A stretch of 64,000 nucleotides of DNA from Oopsacas minuta (Eukaryota; Animalia; Porifera): contig JAKMXF010000357.1 in NCBI GenBank assembly GCA_024704765.1, forward strand, positions 82,678 through 146,677, read 5' to 3'. Below, in pieces: positions 1-13,980 of the stretch. How positions within the stretch are numbered: position 1 is the first letter of the stretch; every line of letters starts with the position of its first letter. The position numbers and the translations under genes are program-made. A model generated the notes under the pieces. That model worked only from the letters and a program-made list of their open reading frames with translations. It was not told the origin of the DNA and made no database searches.

Positions 1-1173
1 TGTAAACAAGTAGGTTAATTCGTGAATATACTAATTTATAGCTTATGTTTTGTATCCTAAGTCAAGAACATCAAACATATTTCGATTAGTCAGGCTGACC
101 GATACGAAATATACATATAGAGTCACCAAAATTAGCCCGATCGACAAATACTATTCCTATTAGCACTCCGAATATTTTCCAGGTTGAAACCTAACCGACT
201 TGAGTGTTTCCTACAGCCATGCAAGTCTAAACAGTAGTTATTTCTATTTACAGAGGAAGGGAGATTTTCAATAGCTAATTAGACAGGTCAACAGTGTATA
301 TTCATCAAAATATTTTCTAATGTTTTGTATCAAGTTTGATATGCTGATTCCGAATATGTAGTCCAATATAGTACAGCACGTCACAATTTTATTATATTCA
401 TCATGAAAAATGGGGAAATTGCTAAAATTTCGAAATTATTCGAATTGTCGACCTTAAGTGTAATTATGTCTCACTTAATCTAAACGAGCTCTGTACAACT
501 GGAACAGGTAAAAACACTCCATAAATCATATTTTGTATTTTATTTATTTCACTATTGTGCCTATTATTTGATTTCCTTCCCAAAATTAACAGTTTTGGCT
601 ATACAGAGATCTCTCCGATTATTTAGGTGTTACAAAGACCCTATTGTTCTCAAATATCTGTAATTTCTTGGTCATCACTGTTGGCCTGTGTTATCAGTTT
701 TTTTAACCCCTCATGAGTATAGGCGCAGCGCCGGGGAGGGATGGGGGGCTGGCCCCCAAAAATTATTGAATATATTAATCATACCAAGGAATAGTGGAAA
801 AACTGGATATACTTTGACAGGCTGTGCCCCTAAAAATCCTGTTGCTGCTACGCCAATGCTAAGGATGTCAAGGAGGTTACTATTCAAGGAATATGGTAAT
901 TCACATACCATAGTACCTCGAATAATAGCCGGGCGATGATTAATTTCAAGCTCCTTGAGAGGGATTTTTCGATTTTGTAAACACGATAATTACGATATAA
1001 TCATATCAATGTGCTTGCATAATGCGTATTTATCCTTACAAACAGTAGGATAATCATTTTTAGAAGAAGTAAGATTCACTTTAAGCATTATTATACCATC
1101 GGAGCCTCGGGCGATTATTCTAGGGTGCCTCTCATTCAAGGTAATACGCTACCAAAATCCCGTTCTTCTAGAT

Positions 1174-2470
1174 CAGGGGTTTCCAACCTTTTCGAACAAG
1201 GGGCCACATTCCAACTTTATTGCACATAAAGTTCCGATTAATACTTGTGAACTGATAATTTTTGCAATTCATTAAATCAAATTTAAATTATAGCTATATT
1301 TTACTTTACTGTGGAAATTTAATTAGATGTTTGGAATTGTTTTTGCTTGTCAATGTCTGCCGGTACGCTTGATGTAGCGATACGGAGTATTCGGTGAGAT
1401 GTTCGTCTGTCAATTTAGATCTCGTATTTGTTTTAACGTTTTTCATTCTCGAAAAAACTGTTCGCAGCAATATGTACTGCCTAACAGTACAATGAAACGA
1501 AGTGCAAATTGTGAAATATTTGGATAGGACGCTGAGGTAACACATTTACGATAAAATGCTCGGAGATCATGTTCAGCGAAGCCCTCTTAAAATCACTGTC
1601 ATATTGAATGTCAATTAGTTCCAATTGGAACATGGCATGAACAGCATTGACATGAATCCTAAATGGATCTGAAAACAGTTTGAGTTCATCACAGTGTTCA
1701 CTGAAATCCGCAAACCCTAGTTCAAATTCGTTTCTTAAAATTTCAATGAGAGCAGAATATTTTTCATACTCCACTATCGTTCCATCCCTAGTAGATAGAG
1801 TTGTGAAATGTACAATTTTCTTGTTAATCAACTGTGTATGAATCAATTCTAATTTTGAATGAACACTTTTACATGTTCATACAGTTTGTTGACACATTGC
1901 TCCTTTCCTTGTAGCTTCATATTAAGTTCCGCGAGATACTCGGTAATATCAACTAGAAATGCCAAGTCTTTCAACAATTAATCATCTTCCATAAAGCTTA
2001 CATACTTTTCCTTGCTCTACATAAAGAATTTAATTCTTTAAGTAGGGAATAGAATCTGGCAAGAGTGGCCGCTCTGCTGAGCCTGCGAACATAGTTGAAA
2101 TAAATGACATCGTCGTGGTCAGATCTACTTCTGCAAGAAAGGCCTGAAATTTTCTGTGATTGATTCCCTTAGATGTAATGAAATTGACTTTTTCCATCAC
2201 ATGTTTTATCTTTAGGGCTTTTGCACACGGTTGCTGTTGGTGAATGATGCAGTGATGTGTAATGACTTCATGAGATACATATTTAAGCATTAGACTAGAG
2301 AATTATGCTTTTCTATCAGCGCAGGGCTCCATCAGTTGTTATGTCACAAACTTCGTCCGAACTTAGATTGAATTTCATCATTACATTTTTACTTCTTTGA
2401 AAATGTCTTGTCCTGTTGTTTAAGTGCTAGTGCCCTCCTGTTTATTAAGGAAATTGAATTTTAAGTTACG
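1174..2470 (-). mobile_element. Truncated, degenerate hAT (Buster/SPIN/GTF2IRD2-like) transposon
   Basis: End CAGGGGTTTCCAACCTTTT at 1174, preceded by TTCTAGAT (nnnTAnnn). Broken reading frames (HCIIHQQ..., LFSDPF, FQLELIDIQ, SKLTDEHL) are homologous to the ORF at 15557-16555. The other end was not found; the right boundary is approximate. Confidence 0.85.
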
Positions 2471-3125
2471 AAAGAAGGTATCTATAAATTTTGAAGGGGT
2501 TATGATTGAGAAATAACTTCAAGAATCGAACTCAAAGATAGAATTCTTAATACCCAAAAACCGGAGAAATAATCGATTTTTGCAGTCAGTTGCTGGTGAT
2601 AATTTTACTGTTTCACGGAAATATCGATATTGTTATAAAAGGATATATCTTAACTTTTGATAGCATAACAATAATTGAAAATCAGGCAGATTTAGGGCAA
2701 GAAATTTGAATTTGAACTGTCTCTACTTTATGATTCATCCATCCCCTACCACTGTCACTCCCGACTTAAAAATTGAATTCCTCTAGCTCCGCGAGTTGTT
2801 AATATGTCTTAATGAAATTTAATTTTCATAAACGTCCATATCACCAAAGTATGCATATAGAATTTCAGAATCTAATTCTGACTTTTAGGTATGTAAGTTC
2901 AAGGGGGTCGTGACTCTAAAAATTTTAACCAAAAAAGTAACTAAAAATAAAAACATATTGCGTAAAACGTTCAACTCTCCTTTTTCCAATGATACTAATT
3001 TCGTTTAGATCTGATGATGATAAGCGAATCAAATTAATGACTGTATTCACCCTTGTTGAATAGTCTGCTAACTTGTTCGTATAATTTTTCAAAATAAAAT
3101 ATTCCCAAAAGTAAGAAATTTTAAA

Positions 3126-3420
3126 CTCATAATGCATCAAAGAAAATTGAACACAGGACATTCTGATCTCCGAAGTCCACCTTAGGAATGAGAGGAGGCG
3201 CCTCACCTTTTACGATCCATACATTATTTGTTTCTTTGCATAGTGGCTCCTCGTATCTTATCCAAGTCTCGTCACCAGTAATGATTTCTGCTCGCCTTCT
3301 TGGTTCCGAGTCTTTATACTCGGAGAGCATTTTCTTGCACAAGTTACTCGACGGTCCTTTTTGGTTCTTTGTAAGGGAAAATGCGGGATCACATGGGAAC
3401 GAGACAAACACAAAAATTGG
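3126..3420 (-). pseudogene. Mariner (SETMAR-like) transposase fragment
   Basis: ORF 3127-3411 contains IITGDETWIRYEEP and VLCSIFFD, the first catalytic Asp region of mariner transposases. No TIRs were seen. Confidence 0.75.
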
Positions 3421-5164
3421 AAATCCAAAAAAAATTTTACTTGATAATAAAATGTTAACTATAATATTGAACTCTAATTTTTAAACTGAAAAATATAGTT
3501 AGAAAATCGAAAAATTTCTTGAATGAAGCGCCTTCGCCCTGTACACCCCTGATACAAGGGTATTTTAGGCCTGGCTTGGACAAGTTTGAGTCTTGGACGA
3601 AAATTCACACCTTTAACGAAATTATGACATCATTGTCACCTTTTTGGAATTTCGAAAAATCACAATATTAACCAATCCTCAGTTAAAATACATGATTCAA
3701 TCACAGCTATCCCTCAATGTGACAAATGTCCTGATGTCCTGATTCTGATCTAAAGCTTACTCATAATGGGATTATGACGTCATCATGACTGTACAAAAAA
3801 TCCAAATTTCTAAAAATTTCAGAATTTCAAAGTACCCGACGCAAGAAGTGCCGCGATTACTAACAAAAAGCGACATAGCATCACCAGTGTCACAATAGAA
3901 GACCGTTGAATGTAATTTGGATTTAACTATTCTGTGAATTCCAGGCACGTAGTGTCGAGTATACTAATAACACTATAAAATTAGCCGTTTAAATTAGAAT
4001 ACTTAAGCCACGTAACCTGGAGCACTAAGCTGTCATACAGCGACCTAGCGAAGCGCGCTAGTACAGATTAATTCGTTTTAATAGTATAGATTTCCATTTA
4101 TGGGAAAATTTGATTAACAACTTTCTTTACAATGTTTGAATGTGGACTTACTACATAATCATATATTTACCTTATCAAACTCGTTTATACTCAAAATTGA
4201 CTATGTTCTAGCACTCAAACAGCCCTGTCAGTAATTGGACCTGGGTTACGCAACAGGATGGAACAAATTCCATGTGATTTCGGTATTACAGAAACGGTAC
4301 ATTTAGGCCGGACTAAATTTACAGCATATTTTTGGTACAAGTTAACAAACGTTATACGCTAAAATATTCAGAAATGTGTCTAAAAATGTATCAAGTAAGC
4401 ATATATTTGTTAAACTATGTCATCCTTTGATGCCTTGTAGAAAGTTAATTGTCTTACTTTTACTTTGTCCAGTCTAACTCAAATATGATACTTCCCCGCG
4501 ATGTCAAGGCAATTAGTTCCTTCAGTCTAGAGTTTTCTTCACTAAGGTTGGCAAGTACAGTGCAACCTCTGTAAGTGGGGCCCCTATAAATTGAGAACCT
4601 CTATAAGTGGGGAATGGGAATACTAAAATGGAAATTAAGCCTCACACCATTGAATTTACCCCTAAAAGTGAGGACTTTTACGAAACATTTCTTGAATAAT
4701 GAATTTTTGAGCTAAATTTAGAAAAAATATGATGAATTGAAATTTTGGTGAGAAGCAAATTTCTTAACAATTTTGCATATTCAACGAACAATCTTAGGTC
4801 TCATTATATTAATTCTTTTGATAATTTGATAGTAAATGTATTAATCATAAATGTTGAATGAAAGTCATGATATCTCTGACGAATAATGCAAGCCATCAAT
4901 AAGAATATATAGTAGAACCTCGTTAATTCGAGCACACGCGCTTCGCCTGCTAGGTCGCGAGAGCTTATTTCCGTAGGTTAGCTAAGTATTAAAGGTAAAA
5001 TTATTAGCGCATTTAGTGGCTACGCGAAGGGGAATACTCGACATTTCGTGCCTCGAGTGTATAAAATAGCAGAAAGTGTAATAACCATGGTTCATCCAAA
5101 TTACATCTAAATGGTAATTCCATGATGAGTTAGCATTTGGCCAGTGATAACTTTAGGACATTTA

Positions 5165-5400
5165 GCATATTGAGGCGTACCTGTGATTAAAATTTAAACC
5201 TCCTAACATTATTTTGGCCGAGGATGGCTAATAATGTGATTTTTCGAAAGTACAAAATGGTGACAGTTACGTTAAATTTCTTCATAGGTGTGAATTTTAT
5301 CCAGGACTCGTACCAATCTGTGCCAAGCCCAAATACCCTCGTATGCCAAAAATCATCGCTGGTGGGTCATTCCATAATAATTAAATCAAAGCTACCTGGG
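5165..5400 (+). repeat. Dispersed non-autonomous repeat family; other copies at about 3540-3640 (minus), 11140-11345 and 48085-48250
   Basis: Shared blocks GCATATT..GG(G/C)GTACCTGTGATT, AATGTGATTTTT and CATAGGT(G/A)T(G/A)AA in the three plus-strand copies; AAATACCC.(C/G)TATGCCAAAAAT in the 5.2k and 11.2k copies. The 11.2k and 48k copies are followed by simple repeats, as in DINE-1/Helentron-type elements (family guess). Confidence 0.6.
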
Positions 5401-7178
5401 TGGAGATATCAAATTTACCCTTTATTCTACCAAAGTTCTGGCTTATCTAGTTTCAACGAATTTGTATGATTGGACGCTTATTATTTTGAGTCTCCCTTGT
5501 TACTTTGATTATACTTCCTGATATCTGTGCCTAAATTAGTATTATATTTATATATATATATATTAAGTAGGATACTTTGTTTAAAATGTATCAAACGCGG
5601 TCCGCCGATCACAGTCCTCGCCCTGAATTTTAAATTTAAAAATCTTAATCCATAGACCATACCAATCGTATCATATTGAATCAAATATACGTATTTACTA
5701 TAATCATACAGTAGAACCCCATTGTGGGGGAATCTCCTGATATCCGCCCACTACCCTTACATAATTTCAAAGGTAACTGTTCTTTAACCAGAGATTTTTG
5801 AGTGAATATGTTAGGCCTTCCTTCAACGACATATTCAACGTTATTTGATCAATGGCTTTCTAGATACTGTCAGGGTCGTTTAAAGTGAACCCCCACAAGA
5901 CGAAAAATCTTTTTAAGTGTAGACGGGTTGATAGTAAGCGAATCTGACAGTATAAATTATAACTGACTGGTGTAACTTGGTATAGGGAAATATGAGCGGC
6001 CAGGTAGTTAGGGAAGTATTTAGATATGTCATCCAGACAGACAATTGTAACTGGAAATGTGCGAAAGGAAAGAATGTCTAAGCGTGCGAAAATTGAACAA
6101 ATACCATATCGCAAGTAAAATTATGGTAAAAGATTCTAGTCTATAAGGTAGTATATTTTATACGGGCCATTTGGGTCACCTAGTCACAAGATATTATGGC
6201 TGTGAATTGATATGGAAAAACTGACCTCAGGGTTATTTGTAGTTACATTTTTATAGGGAAGTGGTTCTCAACGGTGTATCGGAGCACATATATATGCCTC
6301 AGAATATTGTTAATCGGATACCCAAAATACCACTGTCAAAAAATTTGTTTAATATGCTTTCAGGAGCTTAGATTCTGGCCTTAGGATATGACAGTACAAG
6401 AAGTCAAGAAAAAGATCTCCTAAACACCATCAATTACATGTACATGGTATAATTCTAGGAAATGCTAACATCATGTTTATATGATATTAGGACTGTTGCA
6501 TGAGATAGTTTTCGTCCAAACACTATATCTATTATCTACTTACTGAATGATATTGACACTGGTAATAGAATCAAATCAAATACTCGTCAATCATCAAATC
6601 AACAACGAAATATACGCTGAACATTCGGTGCTTGTTGTGGTTTAATGACAATATATTTTGTAGATGTCATATGATGATGTCATCCAGTGATGACAATAAC
6701 TTAATGTGATAAGGGGGGTCAATATCTCACTGAGATTAGAGTAGATTAATGACCCCTTAGGCATCCATGGTTCCTTTAATAGATGCGGTCATTATTATAG
6801 CGGGTCAATAATATCTCATACAACAGAACTCACCCTTAAAGGTGTCCTTTGAAACTTATAGATGAAATAAGTGTGACTTTGTTCGAATAAGGTTGAAAAA
6901 CACAGGCATAGAGTATATAAGTATATGGCTTAAATTGGAAAACTTAATCAGCCTTCTTGATGATATATATGCCCTTCTATCATGTAGCTAATGGATTACT
7001 GTATACAATAATATTTGAACATGTCGATAAAGTTTCACTCACTCACAAAGTTGCCTACAGCAATTTCACAGAATGAAATCCAAACTAGTATAGTACAAGG
7101 ATGCTTTACGATATATACATAAATATATAGAAGAACCTAAGTCAATGTTAGTAAAGTTACACTATTAGAAGAGTATTC

Positions 7179-8246
7179 CTAATTATAAAAATTTCCAAAC
7201 TCAGGATTAATACAGTCTTCTACCTTAGGACGGACACCTTGGCTATGCTTGCTTCTGTGAGGAGGTTTAGGTTTTGAGAAATTGTTAGCAGGTGCCATTT
7301 TGGGAGGATGGATTTCATTGAGTAAAGATTTTTCAGAAAATTCATCATCAGTACTCAACTCAATTCTCTTAAGAACATCTAAACCTTTATCCTGAATTTG
7401 TGAAAGAAAACCAGATATTGAGGAAGAATATAACATGCGTTCCTTTATACTACAGGTATATCCAGGAGAGTAGTATACAAATATTATCGGATCATCAGAA
7501 GCGCCTTCATAAGAGTGATTAAACCTGTAGATATAATATCGAGGAGATTTAGGAGGGAAAGTGTCTTTCAATTCTGTTGGTGACCTATTTCCGCTTAGTG
7601 TGCATAATATTTTCTCCCTAGATATATCAATAGAAACTTCGATAAAGTTGATATTCCCAGACTTGAATGCTTTAAATTCACTCCAAAATTCCTCTTGTAT
7701 AGGGAAACTAAGTCCTCCTATATGAGAGCTCCGATCTTGAGTACCGGCACCTCGTGTTTCGTTCACCTCCATGTCAACTAAGATTTGTTCTTCCACCGTT
7801 AGCGGGTTAGGAGCTTCCTTTGATTCGAGGAAAGAGCGATAGCCATCTAGAGTAAGATCTTTCTTCTCGGTACCAAAAATTTCTACCTTAATATTGTCGC
7901 TTCCAAATTCTTTCTTCACAATCGAGCGAGAAGCTGAATACAACATTTTTTGTCTAGAAGTGGCAGTATCTGGTGAAAAGACTAAAAACAACCACTGATA
8001 TTGACCAAAAGAGTTTTTTACATCAAGCCTATAGAAAATATAACGAGGTTCTTCATCACTCACATATGGGATCACAAGTTCGTCATACTCTATGTCCCAT
8101 TCTAATTGAGGAAGTTGCGAAAAGGATAAGACCAACTTCTCTCCTTCTATTCTTACAACAACGATGCGCAAGAGACCCTTGCGAGCATCTGCGAAGGAAT
8201 TCTGAAGCCCATCATCCAATGTTAGTCCTGAATGTAGACTACTCAT
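7179..8246 (-). CDS. TWF: Twinfilin (two ADF-H domains plus capping-protein-binding tail), 355 aa, intronless
   Basis: Motifs RQKMLYSASRSIVKKEFG, PLTVEEQ, GLSFPI, YYSPGYTCSIKERMLYSS, EIHP and FSKPKPP match twinfilin. The first ATG is at 8246 (the track start at 8276 is TTG). Confidence 0.96.
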   Translation of the reverse strand: MSSLHSGLTLDDGLQNSFADARKGLLRIVVVRIEGEKLVLSFSQLPQLEWDIEYDELVIPYVSDEEPRYIFYRLDVKNSFGQYQWLFLVFSPDTATSRQKMLYSASRSIVKKEFGSDNIKVEIFGTEKKDLTLDGYRSFLESKEAPNPLTVEEQILVDMEVNETRGAGTQDRSSHIGGLSFPIQEEFWSEFKAFKSGNINFIEVSIDISREKILCTLSGNRSPTELKDTFPPKSPRYYIYRFNHSYEGASDDPIIFVYYSPGYTCSIKERMLYSSSISGFLSQIQDKGLDVLKRIELSTDDEFSEKSLLNEIHPPKMAPANNFSKPKPPHRSKHSQGVRPKVEDCINPEFGNFYN

Positions 8247-8410
8247 TATTTCTAATAGTAAAAAGCAATTAGTCAAATGAGGAATTTAAGGGTCGTAACA
8301 GGGTTGATTTAACCCAAAACAGGCCAAACTGCCCGGTATATTTCGGTTCTGACCAAAACCGGAAACGATTTAATTAACGGTATTCATAATAGGAATCGGT
8401 TACTCTATGG

Positions 8411-9029
8411 CAGCGTTTCTTAACCTTTTCATACCTCAGCACCCCCTGTAGTCAGTCTTAGCACTTCAGCAGCCCTTACATGGAACTACAAGTATTACAG
8501 TGCCCCTCTGTAACAAGGATGAAATCAGACAAGAAATGCACTGTTTCATAATTGATTGTATTTACTTAGATTACTCCATTAAAAATCCAACTCAATCAGA
8601 AAGAAAATGTAACTTTAGATATCACGAACACCTAACTCACAAAAATACTTATATGGAATCCAGTTCCTTAGAACTGAACTGGTTTTACTTTACGCACAGT
8701 TTTATATTTCAGCTTATGGGTTCGTTTTAAATACCGATTTCCTTATATTGAAGTTCAGTTCCATGGAACTGGATTCCATACCAGTATAATTATTCCCTAT
8801 CACAAATCTGTGACAGAAAAGAACTCAAGTAAGTAACATAGAAAGAAAAATATAAGTTAAATACAACTAATTTATAGCCAGACAATACTATATGTAGTAA
8901 AGACAGCTGAATGTTTCGATATTTATCCTGAAGCATCTGCCAGCCTGAAATGTTATCTAGAACCTAAACAAAAACATCGTACAGCACATAGTAGAATCCT
9001 TATCCAGCACCCCAGGTTAAGAAACGCTA
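8411..9029. mobile_element. hAT (Buster/Charlie-type) MITE, 619 bp, just upstream of twinfilin
   Basis: TIRs CAGCGTTTCTTAACCT / AGGTTAAGAAACGCTA (15/16). Perfect 8-bp TSD CTCTATGG at 8403-8410 and 9030-9037. Confidence 0.92.
8652..8780. repeat. Small inverted-repeat unit nested in the hAT MITE
   Basis: 29-bp arms TATGGAATCCAGTTCC(T/A)T(A/G)GAACTGAACT at 8652-8680 and 8752-8780. Confidence 0.7.
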
Positions 9030-9593
9030 CTCTATGGTATACCCTATGACCAGTTATTTGAACGTTCAAAAAGACTGCATATATAGAGTCAAAGCTCATT
9101 TTATCGCATAAATTCCATTCAAAGTACATACAATCCTACTTAAAACTAGTTATAAATTCAAGAATATGAAAATGGCCAGGATGGTTCGTTAAAGAATTAG
9201 TTGAGAGAAGCTGATAGAGTGATAGAAAAAAATTCCTACATAATAGGTCGGGTAGTATATGTATTCCAGCTTCTAGCATTCCATCACTCCACTTGTTGAA
9301 GGGAGGAAGGGTGGGACTGCATAAATCATTGTCTAATTAGTCCACTTCGTAGAAATCCAAATCGACATCGCCTTTCGAGACTTCGAATTATAAAATATAC
9401 TGCGTGGGTCCACCAGACAATGATATATAATTGGATAGCTCATTTAACCGTTAGTTAGGGCAGTTCTATGAAAAGCTGCTGAATCTCGAGAGGTATTGAG
9501 GTTCAAAAAGAGAGAACACATATTATAGATGAGTTTAATGAATTATGTAACTTATACTATAAAACGCAATTAATCTATATGTGTATATATTTA

Positions 9594-10958
9594 CAGTGCG
9601 TTCAGAAAATATTGGCATTGAATTTGATTTTGTTCCATTCAATATCTATGATAAGAATGATCAAAATTATATGTTTTCTAATAATTCGGTACTCCCTCAA
9701 ATAGAATATACATGAGTAACTAACATATAGCTAATAATTTATCTTTTTACCTCGACCTTTGAGGCATAACCGAATTCTATTGTCCATTGATAGACAAAAT
9801 GGCTTTAAAAATACAGGGTCAATTATGTTCCATATCTCCAAAATACCTTTCTTCAACTCATTTGAGTTTGTATATCTCTTTTTTAGGAGTCTCTTCTTTA
9901 GTACAGCCCAAAGATTCTCGATTGGGTAAGATCGGGGCTATTGGAGGGGCAGTCGATCTGATGTGCGACAAATTCCTGTTTCCAAGCCTTTGCTGCGTTT
10001 CCTGTATGTATAGGACTGTTACCCTCCTGTAATACCCATTGATTTCCGGAAAGCATTAGCTTATTGTATAAGTCACTCACTTAGAACTATTTTGTATCCT
10101 TCCTGGTTGAAGTTTTCGGTGAAAATTTTAAGATTTGTTTCGTCCATTACCGAAATACCATCCCAAATATGGAGCTTCGATGGATGTTTGAAAGTTGGCA
10201 GGTTAATGGGCTGTCCTTTCTTTGTCCATACATATATCTTGCCTGAATTCATCGATATTGAGCATTCATCAGAAAAGATCACGTTAGACCAGTTCTGACC
10301 CCTCATTAATTTACACCATTCTAGTCGTTTAGTAAATATGGAGTTGTGACAAGGTGAAATACTTACTGCCTGGCGATATTATAAGCCTCTCCCCTTCATT
10401 TCTTCCGATAGTGTGCTTTGGGAACCGGAGTACTCAATTTTGCTAGACATTAATTCAGAGTGATCCTTGAATTGTGTTCAACGAGTGCCATAATCCTATT
10501 CCTATCAGACTTGTGCAATATTTGAGGTCGGACCTGTTCCTTTCTTATGAGTCAAGCTCTTTTTGTTAGAAATAGACTTCAAAACACGATATACTGTCCG
10601 CTCGGGTATAGCTAGTCGTCTCGATATTCCAGTCGCTTTTGTTATCCCAGCATCAAAGAGTTCCTTTATTCTGATTCTATTATTTTCCTGAGCCTTCATA
10701 CCAAAATTGTGGAAAAATATTGTCAGTGAAAGTCGGAAAATATGGGTCTAAAATGTGTGAACAAAAATAATAAGCACATATTTAATGTCAAAGATCATTT
10801 GGGATAGATAATGCAGAAATTTAGAATGTCAGTCGATCCATACATTTTAGGTGGGGTATATTATATGTTGTTATAACTTAGAAGACTAAAAAGGTTGTTT
10901 TAGAATATTTGTAAGGATATGAAATAGTATTTATTGCCAATAACTTCCGAACGCACTG
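9594..10958 (-). mobile_element. Degenerate Tc1-like element
   Basis: TIRs CAGTGCGTTC(A/G)GAA(AA/GT)TATTGGCA with TA on both flanks. Transposase fragments: HTH (10505-10699), WSNVIFSDE, KLHIWDGIS, SNSPDL. Confidence 0.9.
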
Positions 10959-13672
10959 TATACTCGCTGCGCGACAGCTTAGGGCCTCAGGTTAGCAAAG
11001 TATTGAACAGCTACATTTCTTGATGCTTTTTGTCACTACGCGACGGGATTAAATTTTGTAGAAATTTAAATTGTTTATTTCAAAAATATCGAAATTTGGA
11101 GAATAGATATTTTTATACAGTCATGATGACGTCAGAACGTGTGGCATATTAAGGGGTACCTGTGATTCAATTCCAAACTTCTATCATGCATATTGGCTGA
11201 GCAGTGGTAAAGAATGTGATTTTTCTAGAATCAAAAAAGCTGATTTCGTCATAGGTGTGAAATTTCGACCAATACTCGAACTTGTCCGATCAAGGCCCAA
11301 AATACCCCTGTATGCCAAAAATTAGCCCTGGGGTCTTCCAGTTTCTTCAATCAATCAGGGACATACAAACATATAAATATATATGCAAATATACATAAAT
11401 ACACCTATACAGTTGAAGCCGCTTAATCGGGACACCTCGGGAGTCAATATTTTGTCCGATTAACCGATTACGATTATTTAAGTATTCAAAACTAGTTTTT
11501 CATGGTCACATGACCAGATATATCTTATTTCTATACTACTAATCCTGATTTATCTAGGGTCTAGTAGAGAATGGTTGTAGTAAGGGTATAGTTCCGCTTC
11601 AAGAGGTCATAAAATGCGTTACGATATATACTTAGAAATTAACTAAATATAGTTTAAATAATATGCACGTGCTTATTACTGCAACCCATGCAAAACGTTT
11701 GGATATCCAACAGTCTGGTCATTATTGAGGGAATTAGACACGGTGGAATAGCCAATAGAACCTGAGGCGAGTGAGCAACTTTAATAATCTTGGTTAGTAA
11801 ATGGTAATCGCATTGGTGTTGTATTGTTATGGTTCTAGATAATATTCAAATTCTTAGTTTTAAAATAAACCATTTTACAATGATTCTGATTAAATATACA
11901 ATCGTTTAAATGGGATAGAAATCCCAATTAAGCGAATATAATTCATACTCGGTTAATCGGGATAAGAAATCCTGAATAACCGATTATGAACTTTCAAATA
12001 TTCAGTTAATCGGATATACAATCCCGATTAACCGATTCAATGTCCTAATTATCCGACGATTTATCTATGTAAAAATCTTTTCCCAAACCATTGTCCGGTT
12101 TAAGCGGATATCCCGATTATCCGAGTCCTGAGCACTTTTACATGGGCTTGTACTTAACTATAGGGTACATTCCAATCTGCCTGACAACTTTTAATTTGCT
12201 TCCATCAGTCCTGATGCAACATATTCATGTAAACAACGACTCAATTTACGTACATACTAGTAATCAATCGAAATTTTCCAAGCCAATAAGCATTACTCAT
12301 TTATGAGGAATACTTTTGCCGAGTATATATATGAGCCCGTCTTATAGTATTACTAAATTAACTTCGCAATAAATTTATATGTTACACAATATTGTCCAGA
12401 ATTTTTACCTCCGATAGCACTGACTTAGGAGTAAGAGGGAATAAAGATGTACAATCAAATTCGCTTTATCCTCTCCATATTGTTTCCTCCTTACATGTCT
12501 ATGTTTCTACATACTATTTACAGGCCATACTTTATTGTCTCTCATTTATTTGCCACATTTAACATTTAAATATTGTAATTTAATGAGTCTTCCTTTTGAC
12601 CAACATATTAGTGTCTTATTCACCCGTACCCTCTCATTAACCAAGCAAGCGAATATATTATTTACCATTAATTAGCGTGTATATAACTAAAGTGCACCAT
12701 GCACAAGTCAGCATTTAGCATCATATGGTTGCTATATATGGAAGGTTAACAATCTAGATATTTATGCCAATAGGGGCAAACCGACACAGGGTTGGTTAGG
12801 GATCATCCTAGCGTGAATACACTGATGGTTAAGTGGAAATGTTGTCAACACAATAATTCATTCGTTTTGTCGATATGTTCCCTAATTTTCTCTTGATTAA
12901 CATTCATATTTACTAGTACTTGGAGCGATAAATATTGTCCTAATATCAATTAATTAACAAATAGATAGAAAAATACACAAACCAATTACAAAAATATTTC
13001 AAGACCCTAGTCCTAATAGTCTAGGCAGTAAAGGTGACACGGCTGGACATCAACAATCATTTTAGTATCGGCCACTTATATAATACTAGTTGTGTTGTAA
13101 TAGGAAGAACACTAAAATTCTTAGATCACCGTCTGTGCAGACTTAAATTTATCAAATGAATTTTGTGGATTATACTTATATTTACTAAATAACAATTCTA
13201 GCAAAGAAAGATAAAATTGAATTTTACACATCTTGTTAGACATTAATTATGTTAAATTCGAATTCTAAGTCCCTGTTTACCCCAATTTAACAAGTGGAAG
13301 CAAATCTCTAGGATAATTTTGAAAAGGTTCACCAAAAGGTGTGAAAATTGATTATTCATATGATAAATCAGTCTATACATATATTTAATAGAATGTATTG
13401 ACAATTAGAATTGCAGTCTACTTCAATACGAATACATTAAAGTGCTAACATATTACATACACTCCATCAAAACGAATTTTATGCATCAATGCCTAGTTGT
13501 ATATCTCTATAATATGATTGAGCTAAAATACAGAGATGTCAAAAGGTGTAAAAATATATACACATTGGAAATTTTCAAATGTGAGGTGCGCAACTAGATG
13601 TCACTACGAGTACACATGCCAAATTTGGCTTCAAAATCTCTAAAGGTGTGAGCAGCAGAGCGAAAACATGAT

Positions 13673-13696
13673 TAGATAGATAGATAGATAGATAGA
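13673..13696 (+). repeat. (TAGA)6 microsatellite at the end of a DINE/Helentron-like fragment
   Basis: Read directly; preceded by CATGCCAAATTTGGC...CTAAAGGTGTG. Confidence 0.9.
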
Positions 13697-13869
13697 CTTA
13701 TATACTAAGTCCCCATTTAGAACTGAGTCACTATACTATGGAATAGAATTCATCAACACAGTGAAACCACAAGACTACTAAGCGATGCGAATTGGAAATG
13801 AAGAACTGCATGGGTTCAGCTGCCACATCTTGACCATCGCCCACTCCAATTGGTAGCTGCACCCTCAGG

Positions 13870-13980
13870 ATTGAAGAGGAGATTTGACACATTAGCAGGG
13901 AGAGAGAGAGGAAAGAGAAAGTGAAGATTCATACCAAAGGAATGGAGATAGTGAAGCGTATGCATGAGCACCATCATACG
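13870..13980 (+). pseudogene. MULE copy 1, 5' piece (FLYWCH-like end, HEHHHTPD across the insertion site)
   Basis: Joins to 19469 when the RAG1-like insertion is removed. The joined sequence aligns with the reverse complement of 23400-23520. Confidence 0.75.

Noticed and set aside
688-939. Short ORFs around a G-rich stretch
   Set aside because: No recognisable protein; the sequence looks like a MITE end (TAGGCGCAG...GGGG...CCCCC).
7973-8272. 99-aa plus-strand ORF
   Set aside because: Antisense shadow of the twinfilin CDS.
11149-11160. TTAA + GGGGTACC as a Kolobok/piggyBac terminus
   Set aside because: Homology between copies extends upstream (GCATATT), and the other copies read TTGA, so this is internal to a repeat rather than an end.
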